From Ginglymostoma cirratum (lineage: Eukaryota): DNA of 64,000 nucleotides. This document shows, piece after piece, positions 12,099-24,255 of this stretch (its first letter is position 1; each line of letters starts with the position of its first letter). Location of the stretch: NCBI GenBank assembly GCA_024137785.1, contig JAHRHZ010000021.1:45106051-45170050 (forward strand). The letters run 5' to 3'. A program made the position numbers and the translations under genes. Under the pieces are notes generated by a model. The model was given only the letters and a program-made list of their open reading frames with translations. It was not told the origin of the DNA and made no database searches.

Positions 12099-13789
12099 AA
12101 GCATAAAGACCATCTTCATGGCTGAATAAATTTGCTGTTGATTACAAGTAGACAATTGGGATTAATGTTTAATTAGATCAGTCTTCGTCCTTTTTGTTCT
12201 GGACAGGCCTCCTAACCACAGAAATCTTGATGCAAAGCTAAAAGTCACCACTCAGCATTAGTTGGATGGTACAAGGTTTTATGATAATGGAATATCATAC
12301 AATATTATTAGGCTTGGAAGTTGGAGGTGGACTTAAACTGGACTGTCCCTTTAAGGCCATAGAAACTAATTATTCAACCAAACACAATCCAAGGTAAATT
12401 GGAGCTTAGGCCAGTTGGTGAGGGACGTTTACAGATTCAAAGGTGTACATAAAGCACTGCCCCAGGCGTAAACCGGAAATGAACAATCTTGCTTGACAGT
12501 TTTTCATTGTTTTTCTAATACTTTTTGCCACACTGAAGTAATGAATTTTTGTAACTCTCTCCAACCCGCCTGAATTTTGCTTTGTTATTTCCAAAGAACA
12601 TTGAAATATTATAAAACTTTGAACGTACTGTAAAAGTGCAAAACAAACCTGCGATTTTTTATTGTGGATAACAATAAATACTATTGATGTTGTCAATGTC
12701 CTATAATATAGTATGCAGTGATGTGGTTGTACACGTTCTTTTAACAGTACTTTCCAGATGGTCTACCATCCTATTGGCATTAATGCTGAGTAGGTTATGT
12801 AGAATGTGCCAATATAAATGCAGATGCTCAACAATTGATTAATCGTTTAAGATTGCACAAACTAAATTTATGAAGACCACTTCTGACTCTTGATGAATGC
12901 TGTGGGAGAATTTTAAATTAAAAAAAAACTGCAAACAGGATTGAATTAACCATCCATAGCAGGAAGGCTAATGTTAGGGGGATACACATTGCTGATAAGA
13001 AAGATATATTGAAATGCATTAAGCAGAAAAATGAATGGTGAGCCAAAAACTTCTCTTGACAAATCCAACACCTCAGCTAAAAGACCAGACAGCTGAAGAG
13101 GGTATTAAAAAAATGAGAATGTTTGACATTATGCTTGAGGTGCAGAGTATAGTAAAGTCCAATAAAATATTGAAGAGAAATTCTAAAGATTCTAACGTGA
13201 CTGTACAAGGACACTTTTAACCCTTCACTAAGGTACCAAGGAAGGTGCTATCTGCTGTGACAGAGATGATGGAATTTGACAACAGCAGAGAGTGAGCAAT
13301 AGAACTGTGCGTAAAATAAACGTCAGTTTAATGATCCAATGAAAAGTCATCGTAACTGGTAGAACAAGAAATTTAAGGCATGCAGCAACCCTCATCTCAA
13401 TGCAGATAGAATACCAAGCAGAGCTAATGATATAAATCGAAGGTGTCATTTCACTGCTGCTGTTAGTATCATGTGAAGTCCAGGTAGGATTGAAGTTAAT
13501 AAAAAGATCTTCTTAAACAATACAGCCTAAAAAGATTAAAATTACAAAGATCAAATTCCATACAAATCTTATTTGCTGTGTGCAAGAATAACAGATGGAG
13601 CCTTCCTTCTAGGTGCACTGTGCCAGTGGCTTATTCAACCTTCTCAGGAAATATAGGGCAACTCACCTTGTACTCAGCCTTATTCACTGCATGAGTTCAA
13701 TTGTGCACCATCTATTTAATCTGTCACCTTGAGCCATGTTTCTAATGTTTCATCTAGCTTGTCATTATGACTACCTGCTTCCATCCCTG

Positions 13790-14070
13790 TCTTATTTGCA
13801 GTGTCACTCCAGCTTTCATCCATCCTCAGAACCTCCTGCCTTGAATTCCCCACACTACCCACTGAAATCCTGGACCACCCTAAAAAAACCATAAATGCTC
13901 CAAAACTCCAGTGGGCAGAACTAATCCAGCATCAAGATCCTTTCAACTTCCCTGCCTCTCTATGCTACTCATCTGTGTGTCTTCGTGTCCCCAAAAAAAT
14001 TGATTTTAAAATCCTAATTCTTATTTACAAGTCTTTTCAAAAGCTCATCCCAACCTCCTCTACAGTCTCC
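13790..14070 (+). mobile_element. Old L2 LINE RT C-terminal fragment
   Basis: VPKKIDFKILILIYKS, resembling the L2 motif LPVxQRIxFKILxLxxK. Confidence 0.5.
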
Positions 14071-14401
14071 TTCCACCTGTGTTTCAGCTTGTCGCCTCAG
14101 ATATTCTGTCAAGACCTCACCATCCAAAGTAGGGAAGGCTTTCAGCCTTCATACTCTGTACCTGTGGTTCCTTATCTCCTAACCCTCAAGTTTCACTTCA
14201 CTATTTTTCAATGTTTGCTTACTCTCCTTGTGAAGCCAAAAGGAAATTCTTCCAGAGCATTCTAGGCTTTGGGTGCGGAAATCTGGAATTCTATCTCCCA
14301 ACTCCAAATATCAATTGAAACTTTCAAACCTTAGGTTAGTTTCTTTATTAAGTAAGGATATTAAGGTGGGTAAACAGATTTGATACAGAGCAGCCTTGAT
14401 T

Positions 14402-14521
14402 AGAGAAAGTAGGAACTGCCGATGCTGGAGAATCTGAGACAACAAGGCGTAGAGCTGGATGATCACAGCAGGCCAAGCAGCATCAGAGGACCAGGACGTT
14501 TTGGGTCTAGACCCTTCTTCA
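14402..14521 (-). mobile_element. Penelope pLTR fragment inserted in a CR1 3' tail (~14255-14585)
   Basis: aggaactgccgatgctggagaatctgagacaacaagg...gggtctagacccttcttca, with CR1 3' UTR motifs continuing on both sides. Confidence 0.6.
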
Positions 14522-15252
14522 TCTAACTGACCGGTGAAAGATGCTGGAAGGACTGAATGGCCTTTTGCAGTTCCTATGCTCTACAAGTGCAAGTTATTGT
14601 TTTTCAATAGTGACACTTGAGTCACAAAAATCTAACTGTGTATTCTTCCACATAACTTTCATGCAAGAGCTTAACTTGGCAAGTGTTCCATCCTCATTCA
14701 GCCATGTCATGCAAAACTCCCCTCAACTTTTCATCATTGGAAAATCGTCAAGCCCCAGGGCTGCCTGTCACTCCAATTTTCTTACTTAACTGCGCAAATT
14801 TAAATCAATACTCATCTGGGCTGCTGAATGATCAGTCACGCAGAGGTGAAGTGTTCTGTCTATGTGGGAGAAAGCAATGTTATGGACTCAGTCACCCAAA
14901 ATGAATAGAATAGAACAGAATAGCAATTTGTTGTCACATGTATTTTTATAAAAGCAAAGTGAAAACTTTTCTAAGTCACCATACCATGGTGCCTAAATTA
15001 ATGACAGAAGTCATAAATAAGAAGAAAAAAGAAACAAAAGTAAAATGAAGTGTGCCTGCTGCCAACCAGCGAATAGTGCTCATGGTGCCTGACTTGTGAG
15101 TGAGGGAAGTAGTGGGAAATGGCACTTTCCCATTAATTTCAGTGTATATACTTGCCATAGGTGCTGCAGTGTTTGACCTTCAGGATCTGTGTTCTGTGTG
15201 ATGCATGGCTCCAAGGAACAATTGATTAAAAAACTCACAAAGGTTTTGAAGT

Positions 15253-15420
15253 AGATTTGTAGCTCACGCTGTGGGTGTTGAGGCTGGTTGGCTCGCCGAG
15301 CTGGTTTGTTGTTTCGCAGATGTTTCATTACCGTGCTTGGTAACATCATCAGTGCAGGCTCCGATGAAGCGTCGGTGTGTTTTCATGCCTGGTTTTTAAA
15401 CTCTGGCGTCTGCTGAGCTG
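15253..15420 (-). mobile_element. Penelope-like pLTR fragment (third subfamily) carrying a minimal hammerhead motif at 15315-15356
   Basis: Minus strand reads tgca-CTGATGA-t-gttacc-aagcac-ggtaat-GAAA-catc-tgcg. Confidence 0.6.
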
Positions 15421-17251
15421 GACTAGTATTGGAAAAGCCCTTGTGCTGGCACTCCCTGAGCAAAAGCTATCTCCTTCAACTTGACTGAGGCCGGCTGATA
15501 ACCATGACAAGCTTCCTGGCTTTGTGTCTGCATTGACAGTAAGGTAAGACAGAAGGAATGTGTGACTGGTATCTCTGGCTGAGGGGCAGAATGCAAAAAG
15601 AAAGGCAAGGCAATACAAGGCCAAGTGGGCTTCCAAGTAAGCTCAGAGTGAATGAGTGCTATGAAGGCAAGTAAACAAGCTGGAGATTCAGCCTGATCCA
15701 ATCCATGAGCTGGGAACGAATCTTTGAGTGTCCTCACTGCAACATTTTAATGATAACTGATGGTGCAGCAACAATAAAATTCAGAAGCATGCAGTAAGTA
15801 GATCAGAGATGTGTCATGAGGGTTCTCTGAGTGTGGCACATGTTGTATGCTAGTGTCCGTGGATCGTGACCTGAGCCATTGGTGCCCAATGTCCAACTTG
15901 GAGGGCCTTTGGGGTAAGCTGTGAGCTGAAGTGACCAGGTACCCTCTTGTTCTCCATGTTAAAGATTTTTGATGACTATCTTGTCTGGGCCATTTGGAAA
16001 GATAGGAAGCTAAATATGATGAGTCAGGTTGTGGTGATAATAAGGCATTTAACAAGCTACAATCCTCCTTAATTGGCAATTCACTGCTGCCTGGCGAGAA
16101 ACTCACCTGGTCGCTCTGCAAATGCATAAAAGATGCAGCAAGTTGCAGGACTTCGTCCAGAATTCTGCCGTAGCACATTTCATTATGTAAGACAAATATT
16201 AGATTCCACCCAATGTCTATCATACCAAATGTAACTTGTCCTAGTTGCTCAACTGGAATAAACTACATCTTGTTTAACACAAGCAGCTCTTCTCATTAGA
16301 CAACCAAATGGTTTCCCTCTGCCACACTAGGCTAAACTGTAGATCCCAAGTGGGAAAGAGAATGGAGTCAAAAATCTCCAATGGAGAACGTGATGAACTG
16401 GACTGAGGAGTCTTCTTACCATAAGATTAATTTATTCCCCAGATTTACCAAAATATTTCAGTACGCATACCATTCAATTCAATGTATTCTGAGTTTGCTC
16501 TTTTCACTTTTGTGGTTCTATTTCAAATGGGAGCTGGCCAAGTTCTCTTATGTAGCCCTTGGAAGTTTTTTTTTGTTGTTGTAATGTTGTACCTTTGATA
16601 AACATGCTTTGATATCAAAGGGATTCCACTCTGTCATTTGCCCTCTGCCTTCATTTAATGCCTCCATGGTGCAAAAGGTGAAAACCGTGACCATTTGCTT
16701 GGATCTTGATGAAGGCTGTAAGATTTTAATTCCCTGTAAGTAGTCACTTATTTTTAAGGGATCACACCTCTTTATTTGTCAGCTGTGGCCATGAGTAGCT
16801 ATATTAATTACATTCCCTACATATATGTCAAAATGCAAATTATCAGCATTAGCTGACCCTTTTGATCCTGACAAGTAGCAATTTACACTCCTACTGAGCA
16901 AGGTTGAAAATAGATATGTAATAAATTGAAGAATGTTTGTCTGAAAAGCTGCTGTTTATAGGTTTATTTGTTATTTCTCTGAAATGATATGAACAAGAAA
17001 TCATTGATATAAATAGCTGGTTACCTCTTCTTAGCCCGAGGGGCTTGAGGCCCTAAGAGACTGGTTCCAATCAATTCGGAATACAAAATCTTTCCAAATA
17101 TCACTTGACCTCACTGAACGTTATGATAGGAATAGTAAACAAAAAGGTTACTGTGGAAATACTGCTAAATTCCAAATTTTAAACTAACGCATAGAAATAT
17201 TACAAAAACAAAAATAGTTCATTCAGCCTTACGAAATTGTCCTTCAATTTG

Positions 17252-17470
17252 AAAACTGAAAGAACTGCGGATGCTGTATCTCAGGAACAAAAACAAAAGT
17301 TGCTGGAATAATTCAGCAAGTCTGGCAGCACCTGAGAGAAAAAATATCAGAGTTAACGTTTCAGGTCCGGTGACCCATCCTTAAGGGTTACTGGACCCGA
17401 AACGTTAACTCTGATTTTTTCTTCACAGATGAAGCCAGACCCACTGAGCTTTTCCAGCAACTTCTGTTTA
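17252..17470. mobile_element. Palindromic Penelope pLTR-derived insertion with 14-bp TSD
   Basis: Perfect TSD tgtccttcaatttg at 17238-17251 and 17471-17484. Arms are inverted around ccttaagg (~17380-17387). Confidence 0.8.
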
Positions 17471-18807
17471 TGTCCTTCAATTTGTCTAATGTTGTTCTGA
17501 AGGATTAATTATGCATAAAAGTACCACTCACTATGATGGTATATCATAGATTTGTAGACCATAACAACTTTAAGAACCAACATCTGATCTTCCACAATCA
17601 ATGTAACAATGTTCATCATCTCAACGTAATGTGGTCTCCAACTTGCGATACGCCACATCTTAAGAACAAGAGACTTGTCCAAGTTACTCCAGGAAGTGGT
17701 TTTCATCTACAACTTGAGTTAGCAGGTTCTTTGGTTTCCTATGTTTAAAGAGGGTGATGACAGCTACCTTCATAAAGCATAGTGAGCTAGTATGCCCATA
17801 TAACACATTCAATCATATTGTGGCGAATCTATAATTTATCTGTTTTAGTTCCATAACCCGATATTCTTATCTAACAAATCTTTTTTCATCCCAATCCTAA
17901 TTCTTGAAAGTTTCAATAGATTTAAATTATTTTGCAGGAAGAGAGTTTTAGATTTCCAAATTCATTCCTTTTTAGAAATGTTTGTGGATTTCACTTCTAA
18001 TGCCTGAGCTAGAAACTTGAGGCTGTATCTATTTGTCTATTTCTCCACCAGAAGATTATACTACCAAATGCTTTTAGCGTTTAAGTATTTCATTTTGATC
18101 TTACTTCAAACTTTACAACTTGAAGAAGTACAAACTAATTTCATCTAATTTTATGCAACTATTGTCCTCTTAATAGTACCCTTTTGATGAATCTCCACTG
18201 TAACCTCTTCCAAGATAAAATTGGGTTGCAACCCTTGACAAGATGGTCAGATTTACATGATGATCTGGTTAGTAACATTTAGTATAAACCAGATGAAGTT
18301 CAAAATCCCAGGTACTTATTAAGAGAATAATGCCACATTTGTTCTGAACAAGTAAAATAAACTTTACCAGGTTTAAAAAGCGGTTCAATTAAACCCTAAC
18401 ATTCAAGTTTACCATGAGATCAATGTGCAATGACAGACTAACTATACTCAAACACTCCCAAACACTGCACTTTAATTGGCCAATTGAGTAAAAACAGATC
18501 CCACCCAGGCATTAGGCAGACTGTGAGTCACCAAATCTCATTACAGCTCTGACTCCTTTCAAAGGGATTTCAATTATTCCAATTCTTCAAAGATTTGGTC
18601 TTGGAAGTCTTGCTCATGTTTTGATAATTCAATCTCATCTCCCTGAAATTGCATTGCACTCAATTCCTGAGACTGCACTCCAGCAACTATTCACAGGCAC
18701 AATTCTAGTTTTTTTTCAGAGAGTTAGCTTCAATCAATTGGCACTATTCCTGGGTTTCATTGCACCAAGCAAGTTCTAGTCATAGCTTCTTTCAAACCCA
18801 CATTTTT

Positions 18808-19725
18808 TTAATCACTTGTAGAATGTGGGCATCTCTGCCGGGCTATCATTTATTTTCTGTCCTTAGCTGCCCAGGAGAAGGCGTGGTGGGCTGCCTTATT
18901 GAACCATTGCAATTCATGTGCTGTAGGTTGACCTACAACGTGGTTCAGGAGGGAATTCCAGGATCTTGATCCAGTGACATTGAGGGAACGGCGATAGATT
19001 TCCAAGTCAGGATGGTGAGTGGCTTGGATGGGAACTTGCAGGTGCTGGTTTTCCCATGTATCTGTTGACCTTGTCCTTCTAAACAAAAGTGGTCATAGTT
19101 TTGGAAGGTGCTGTCTCAGGATCATTGGTGAAGTTCTACAGTGCATCTTGTAGGTAGTACACACTGCTGCTACTGAGTGTCAGGGGTGGATGTGGTGCCA
19201 ATTTGAGTTGCTTCACTCTGGATGGTGGTTATTCATAGAATCCCTACAGTGTGGAAACAGGCCCTTTGGCCCAACAAGTCCACACCAAACCTCAGAGCAT
19301 CCCACCCAGACCCACTACCCCAACAATCCACCTAACCTACACCTCCCTGAACACTACAGGCAATTTAGCATGGCCAAGCCACCTAACCTGCACATCTTTG
19401 GACTGTGGGAGGAAACCAGAGTACCCAGAGGAAACCCACACAGACACAGGGAGAACGTGCAAACTCCACACAGACAGATGCCTAAGGCTGGAATTGAACT
19501 CAGGTCCCTGGTGCTGTGAGGCAGCAGTGCTAACCACTGAGCCACCATGCCAGCTATGTCAGGCTTCTTGAGTGTTGTTGAAGCTGCACCCATCCAGGCA
19601 AGAGGGGAATATTTCGTCACACTCCTGACTTGTGTCTTGTATTTGGTGGACAGGCTTTGGGGAGTCAGGAGGTGAGTTACTCACCACAGTATTCCAAACC
19701 TGTTCTAGTAGCCACAGTGTTTATG
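18808..19725 (-). mobile_element. Zenon-like/CR1-supergroup LINE 3' fragment with a nested HE1 SINE
   Basis: KTQVRSVTKYSPLAWMGAASTTLKK on the minus strand, interrupted by the SINE at 19233-19550. Confidence 0.65.
19233..19550 (-). mobile_element. HE1/V-SINE
   Basis: Full head, V-domain and tail. Confidence 0.9.
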
Positions 19726-19789
19726 AGCATCACAAAATTATCAATTGCTCCCACTGACCTGGGAGGGACTTAGGGGACCCAGGAGCCTA

Positions 19790-20088
19790 GGTGGCACAGT
19801 GGCTCAGTGGTTAGCACTGCTGCCTCACAGCACCAGGGACCTGGTTTCAATTCCACCCTTGGGCAACTGTCTGTGTGGAGTTTGCATATTCTCCCCATGT
19901 CTGTGTGGGTTCCCTCCAGGTGCTCTGGTTTCCTCCCACAGTCCAAAGAAGTGTAGGATAGGTGGATTGGCCAGGCTAAATTTCCCATAGTGTTCAAGGG
20001 CCTAGATTAGGCAGGGTTAAAGGGGGATGAGTCAGTGTGGACTTGTTGGGCTAAAGGACCTATTTCCATACTGCAGGGATTCTATGAT
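19790..20088 (+). mobile_element. HE1/V-SINE
   Basis: Full head, V-domain and tail gggattctatgat. Confidence 0.9.
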
Positions 20089-20344
20089 CTCTCCTGCCCA
20101 GCTGCTAACATTATCCATACTGCCTGAAATAACTTCTTTGTTTCAATATTCTCTCAGGTCCAAACTGTAACCAGAGAAACCTCTTAAACTTGATCCATCT
20201 ACATTTTGCTTACTCTGCACTGGCCTCCCCCTGACCCTTAAGATGAGTATCCTTCATTTACAATTTGATTCTTTTATCTGATGAATTAATTGGTTACTCA
20301 GTCTTTCAGAGTTCTCTGTGTATACTTTTGACATAATTTAGCTC

Positions 20345-20662
20345 TAACATCATCAAAGACCCATCGCATCCCAGTAATGATCTCCTACTACTCTTCCGTC
20401 AGGCAGAAGATACAGAAGCTTGAACCCATGCACCAGCAGGTTCAGGAAGAGTTTTCTCCCAGCTGTTATTAGACTAATGAATGGACTCTCTAGCCTCAAA
20501 TTATGCTAATCTTGATCTTGCCTATGCAATGCAACCAGTATTCCTCTGTCTAAGTTTTTTTAAACCTTTGATCTGTACATCCTTGCTTACTATGATCTGC
20601 CTGTACCACTTGTAAACAAAGCTTTTCACTGTACTCCGGTACACATGGCAATACGTAAATCA
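20345..20662 (+). mobile_element. Rex1/Babar LINE 3' fragment
   Basis: NIIKDPSHP...LPSGRRYRSL...TSRFRKSFLPAVIRLMNG, a typical Rex1 ORF2 C-terminus, followed by a 3' UTR with aaagcttttcactgtac. Confidence 0.7.
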
Positions 20663-20974
20663 ATCCACCAAACAAGCAATCTGTCTCCGAATTTCACTTC
20701 TTTTCAAGCAGTGCACAAAGCCGAACTCAAGCCTTTTAGCTCAGAAATCCCAGCTGCTCTATGATCCTAAATTTCTGTCTCTGAGCTTCTTAAACCAACA
20801 GGGCCTCAACCAATTAAGACGTGAGTCAATTGCGTTTATACCATTTTGTTACAATTCAATCTTTAATTCATAAAGCCAAAAATGTTATGCTGAAACACAT
20901 GGACTATACTTGAAGAACTGCACATCAAAAGTAGAAAAGTTCCTTCACTGAACACCAACATTAGTAAAAAGAAA

Positions 20975-21187
20975 AAGTCACCATAGTCCTAGTGGAATCA
21001 TAGGGCTGATCGCTCATTAGAGAGAGACAATTGGTGATGACCTAATGAACAGTCACCATAGTTCAGGTAAAGGGAGAGGTTGAGAAGGAGAGTCCTTCGT
21101 GGTAACGTCAGCCAGTGTAGAAATTAAATCCATGCTGTTAATATCATGCTGCATCACAAACCAGCTATCTAGTCAACTAACCAACCC
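20975..21187 (-). mobile_element. tRNA-derived SINE (a different shark family)
   Basis: Minus strand ggttagttgactag...gctggtttgtgatgcag...ggactctccttctcaacctctccc...ctctctctaatgag..cagccctatg. Confidence 0.5.
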
Positions 21188-21849
21188 GCACCAACATTAG
21201 TGTTTCTCTGTTAATAAATACATTGAGAAAGATGACCACCTACAAAGAGGGTCACTTTTGCCCCAAGTCCAATACATGATGTCTTCAGATCAATCACGTA
21301 TTGTCTTGCCAAAGTATATGATTAATTTTGTAAATAATTTATCAATTGCGGTCTTCAGTTTAATGTTTATACTCACACCTGTTTCTTAAATTCATGGAGA
21401 TGATTGCTAAGTTTCAAACAAATAATCACATTTATTTACAATATTGATCCTGAAGATGCACTCTGTTGATATTGGAAGGTGACCTCAGCAACAGGACAGT
21501 GACATGTGCTTGATAGAAACTGTAACCGGATGAATCGTGCTGTGTGTAAAGATGTTCGGGCAGATTCTTCTCAAGAGATTGGGAAAGCCTTTCGCTGACC
21601 AGGGAATAGTTTCATTTAGCCTTGACAGATGGGTGAAAATATTAGGTTTCCCACAGTGAGTTCCAAGATGCCATTGTCACAGCCAAATGCTTTGAGCAGA
21701 TTCCAGGTGCCTTTTCTACCAGTGGTACGCTATTATCTGAGGAACGAGTGAGTCCCCATGCTCTGCCACTGAGAACAGTGCCCAGAAATTACAAAATCAT
21801 ACGTTATTAACTTTAATGCAAAATTTTGGAATGAATGGATTAGGAGCAC

Positions 21850-23935
21850 AGCCAAGATCTCTGATCTTCTCATGCAGAAATAAAATACGCATTTATTGGC
21901 CAAATGAGTCACATCATCTTCCTGCTACTTCACATCTTGCTCTAAACAGATAATGTTGCGATTTTTTTGAAAGAATTGATATTTCTGTCCTTTATTTTTT
22001 AGCCGTTAGTCCCACTTCAATGTCCATATTATAGGACACAAAGCAGTTTCCTTGCTCGGATCAGTACAACAGCATCCTGTGAAAATAATCAAACAACACC
22101 TTCCAGAGTTAATAAAACACACAGATGACCACTGCAATTGTGTCAGAGGGTGAGGTTCCAGATTCACAAGAGGAGAATCAGGAGGTGGAGGTTAAAGAGG
22201 AGGATGAACATGAGGGGGTGCTGGGAAACCAGATAGACAGCCCACATGTAGGAGTGATGCTAATCATCATTAAAGTGAAAACTGCTTTTGAGAGTTGTCC
22301 TCCACCACCAGATTCCAGGGCACTTTTGCCACATGCCTCACCTCCCAGGATCCATCAGGAAATCCAAGATCTTTCAACCCCTTCCCCATGGAGAACAATC
22401 GCCAAATCCACCCCCACCTAATTACCACAGTCACTCTTTATCTGCAGCAAAAGTAAACAATGAAAATATGATCCAAGTAACAGATATTAAATTATTCACT
22501 CTGCTATTTATCAAGAGAGACTAAGCTATGACTTATTTCTTACTTTGATGTTTCGCAAAGTGCAAGCCAAGTGGTAGCAAGGGAGGTGAGATTCTGGAAT
22601 GAGCAGGTCATTGGCTGCTGCAATGACAGATTGTGGGCCACAGTGATCCATTCATCAGGCTGGACCATCTCAGTATTGGCTGGAGCAGTCTGTGATGCCT
22701 TGGGCTAACAAATAAATACAAGGGAAATGGTGGCGTAGCAAGAAAGGAGTAGCTAAGGTCAGCACAGAGGATGCAATGGAAACTGATCGTGTTTTCATTG
22801 TAGTATTTTGTCATTTCATAGAAATTGGTTAGTTTCCCAGAGGTCTCCAATGTCTTTAGTGGAAGCTATCACCTCAGTCATCAGCATATGAACAATATTC
22901 TGCTTCACAAGTCACTAGCTGCAGTTGACCAGACTCCGCAAAGTAGACAGCAGCAGTTCCCAGTTGCATCGACCAAGCTTGATGTGGACTCCTCTTTCTC
23001 CTGAACCATGACAAGTTGGCTTTCAGGCAGGCCAACCATTGCATCAGGAGCCTTGTGTGAAGAACATTCAGCCTTATTCTGCATCTTGGCACTATGAGAT
23101 CCTCCATAGCAATACTAGTGTGCAACTTGGCAAGATAGCACATTGGCATCCCTTCCTACCAGGATTGGCTGCTGCTCACTAGTGTATGCTGAAATCCAGC
23201 ACAGTGTTCGTTCTACCCTACCCTCTGAGTTAACATGATGTTTGTGGTCTGAGGTGGCGTGTGTGATAGAGTTAACAACTGGTGCAGTGCCAGCTTCCTG
23301 CTGTTTTCCATATGTATGATCCTTCTTCCAGTTGAGTAGCTGTGTTTGGACTGAGTAGTACCTGTGAAGGATGTGATAACAGGGGCTGTATGAATTTCAG
23401 CATATAGTTTGATGGTGGGTGGATGTGTTGTATTGAGGTTGTGGTATTGGTAGCACAGTTATCAAGTAAAGTGCGTTTAAGAGATGGAAATTTATCCTGA
23501 CCACTTGTGCCAAAGCATTCGACTTATTGCAGCATTGGACCATCACCCCCCCGCCAAGAATCTCTTGTTTTATCCTACGCATTAGCTGTCTTTGATATAC
23601 CTCTTCCTCTGTAGCCCTTCCTCTGGATTTCCTGCCTCAGAATCCTCAGTACCTTACTGTAGACCCTGTGCACCCTTTCTCGGTCTCTGAACCACCCTTT
23701 GTCTGCTGGCCAGTCCTGAGAAAGTGGGTGTGTACAAGCTACAAATACTGCCACACACAAACAACTCATGATCAGCGCTTGAGTATTGAAAGTGTGGATG
23801 TTTCTCTTACTGTGATTTAAGCATGGCCTGACATGCTCATCAGCAATTAGTCTCCAAATTATTTGCGAGGCCAGACTTTAAAACAGATATTTCTTATCAG
23901 CCCAACACCCATGTGGTTCCTGCTTTCACCCTTAC
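21850..23935. mobile_element. Decayed Harbinger-like element: Myb/SANT-like gene relic (-, ~23500-23700) converging on an acidic transposase-like C-terminus (+, ~22125-22290)
   Basis: RERVHRVYSKVLRILRQEIQR...VQCCNKSNAL resembles RERAPRFS..LEVL.....QCRKKFNDL; EEDEHE...LIII tail. Confidence 0.4.
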
Positions 23936-24060
23936 AACAAAATGAAACTGTTTAAACTTATGTGCTGCTCTTGTGAAGTCTGGAACTATTTGTTTTGCCA
24001 TGATCAGTTATATTAACGATAAGCCAAATGATGTTAGTTTAGTTATCAACGGGTACATGA

Positions 24061-24255
24061 GAATCATAGAATCCCTACAATGTGGAAAGAGGCCATTCAG
24101 CCCATTGATTTTGCACCGACTCTTTGAAGAGCATCCCACCCAGACCTGGCACCCTACCCTATCCTGTAACCTTCCTATTTCCCATTGTTAATCCACTTAG
24201 CCTGCATATCCCTGGACACTATGGACAATTTAGCATGGCCAGTTTACCTAACCTA
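24061..24255 (-). mobile_element. HE1/V-SINE 3' half
   Basis: gaatcatagaatccctaca tail and caatttagcatggcc core. Confidence 0.75.

Noticed and set aside
12406-13449. Short ORFs in apparently unique sequence
   Set aside because: No recognisable domain or convincing splice pattern; consistent with chance ORFs.
15900-18230. Faint endonuclease/CR1-like traces at ~15900-16750 and ~17540-18230
   Set aside because: Probably ancient LINE debris, but too degenerate to delimit or classify by eye.
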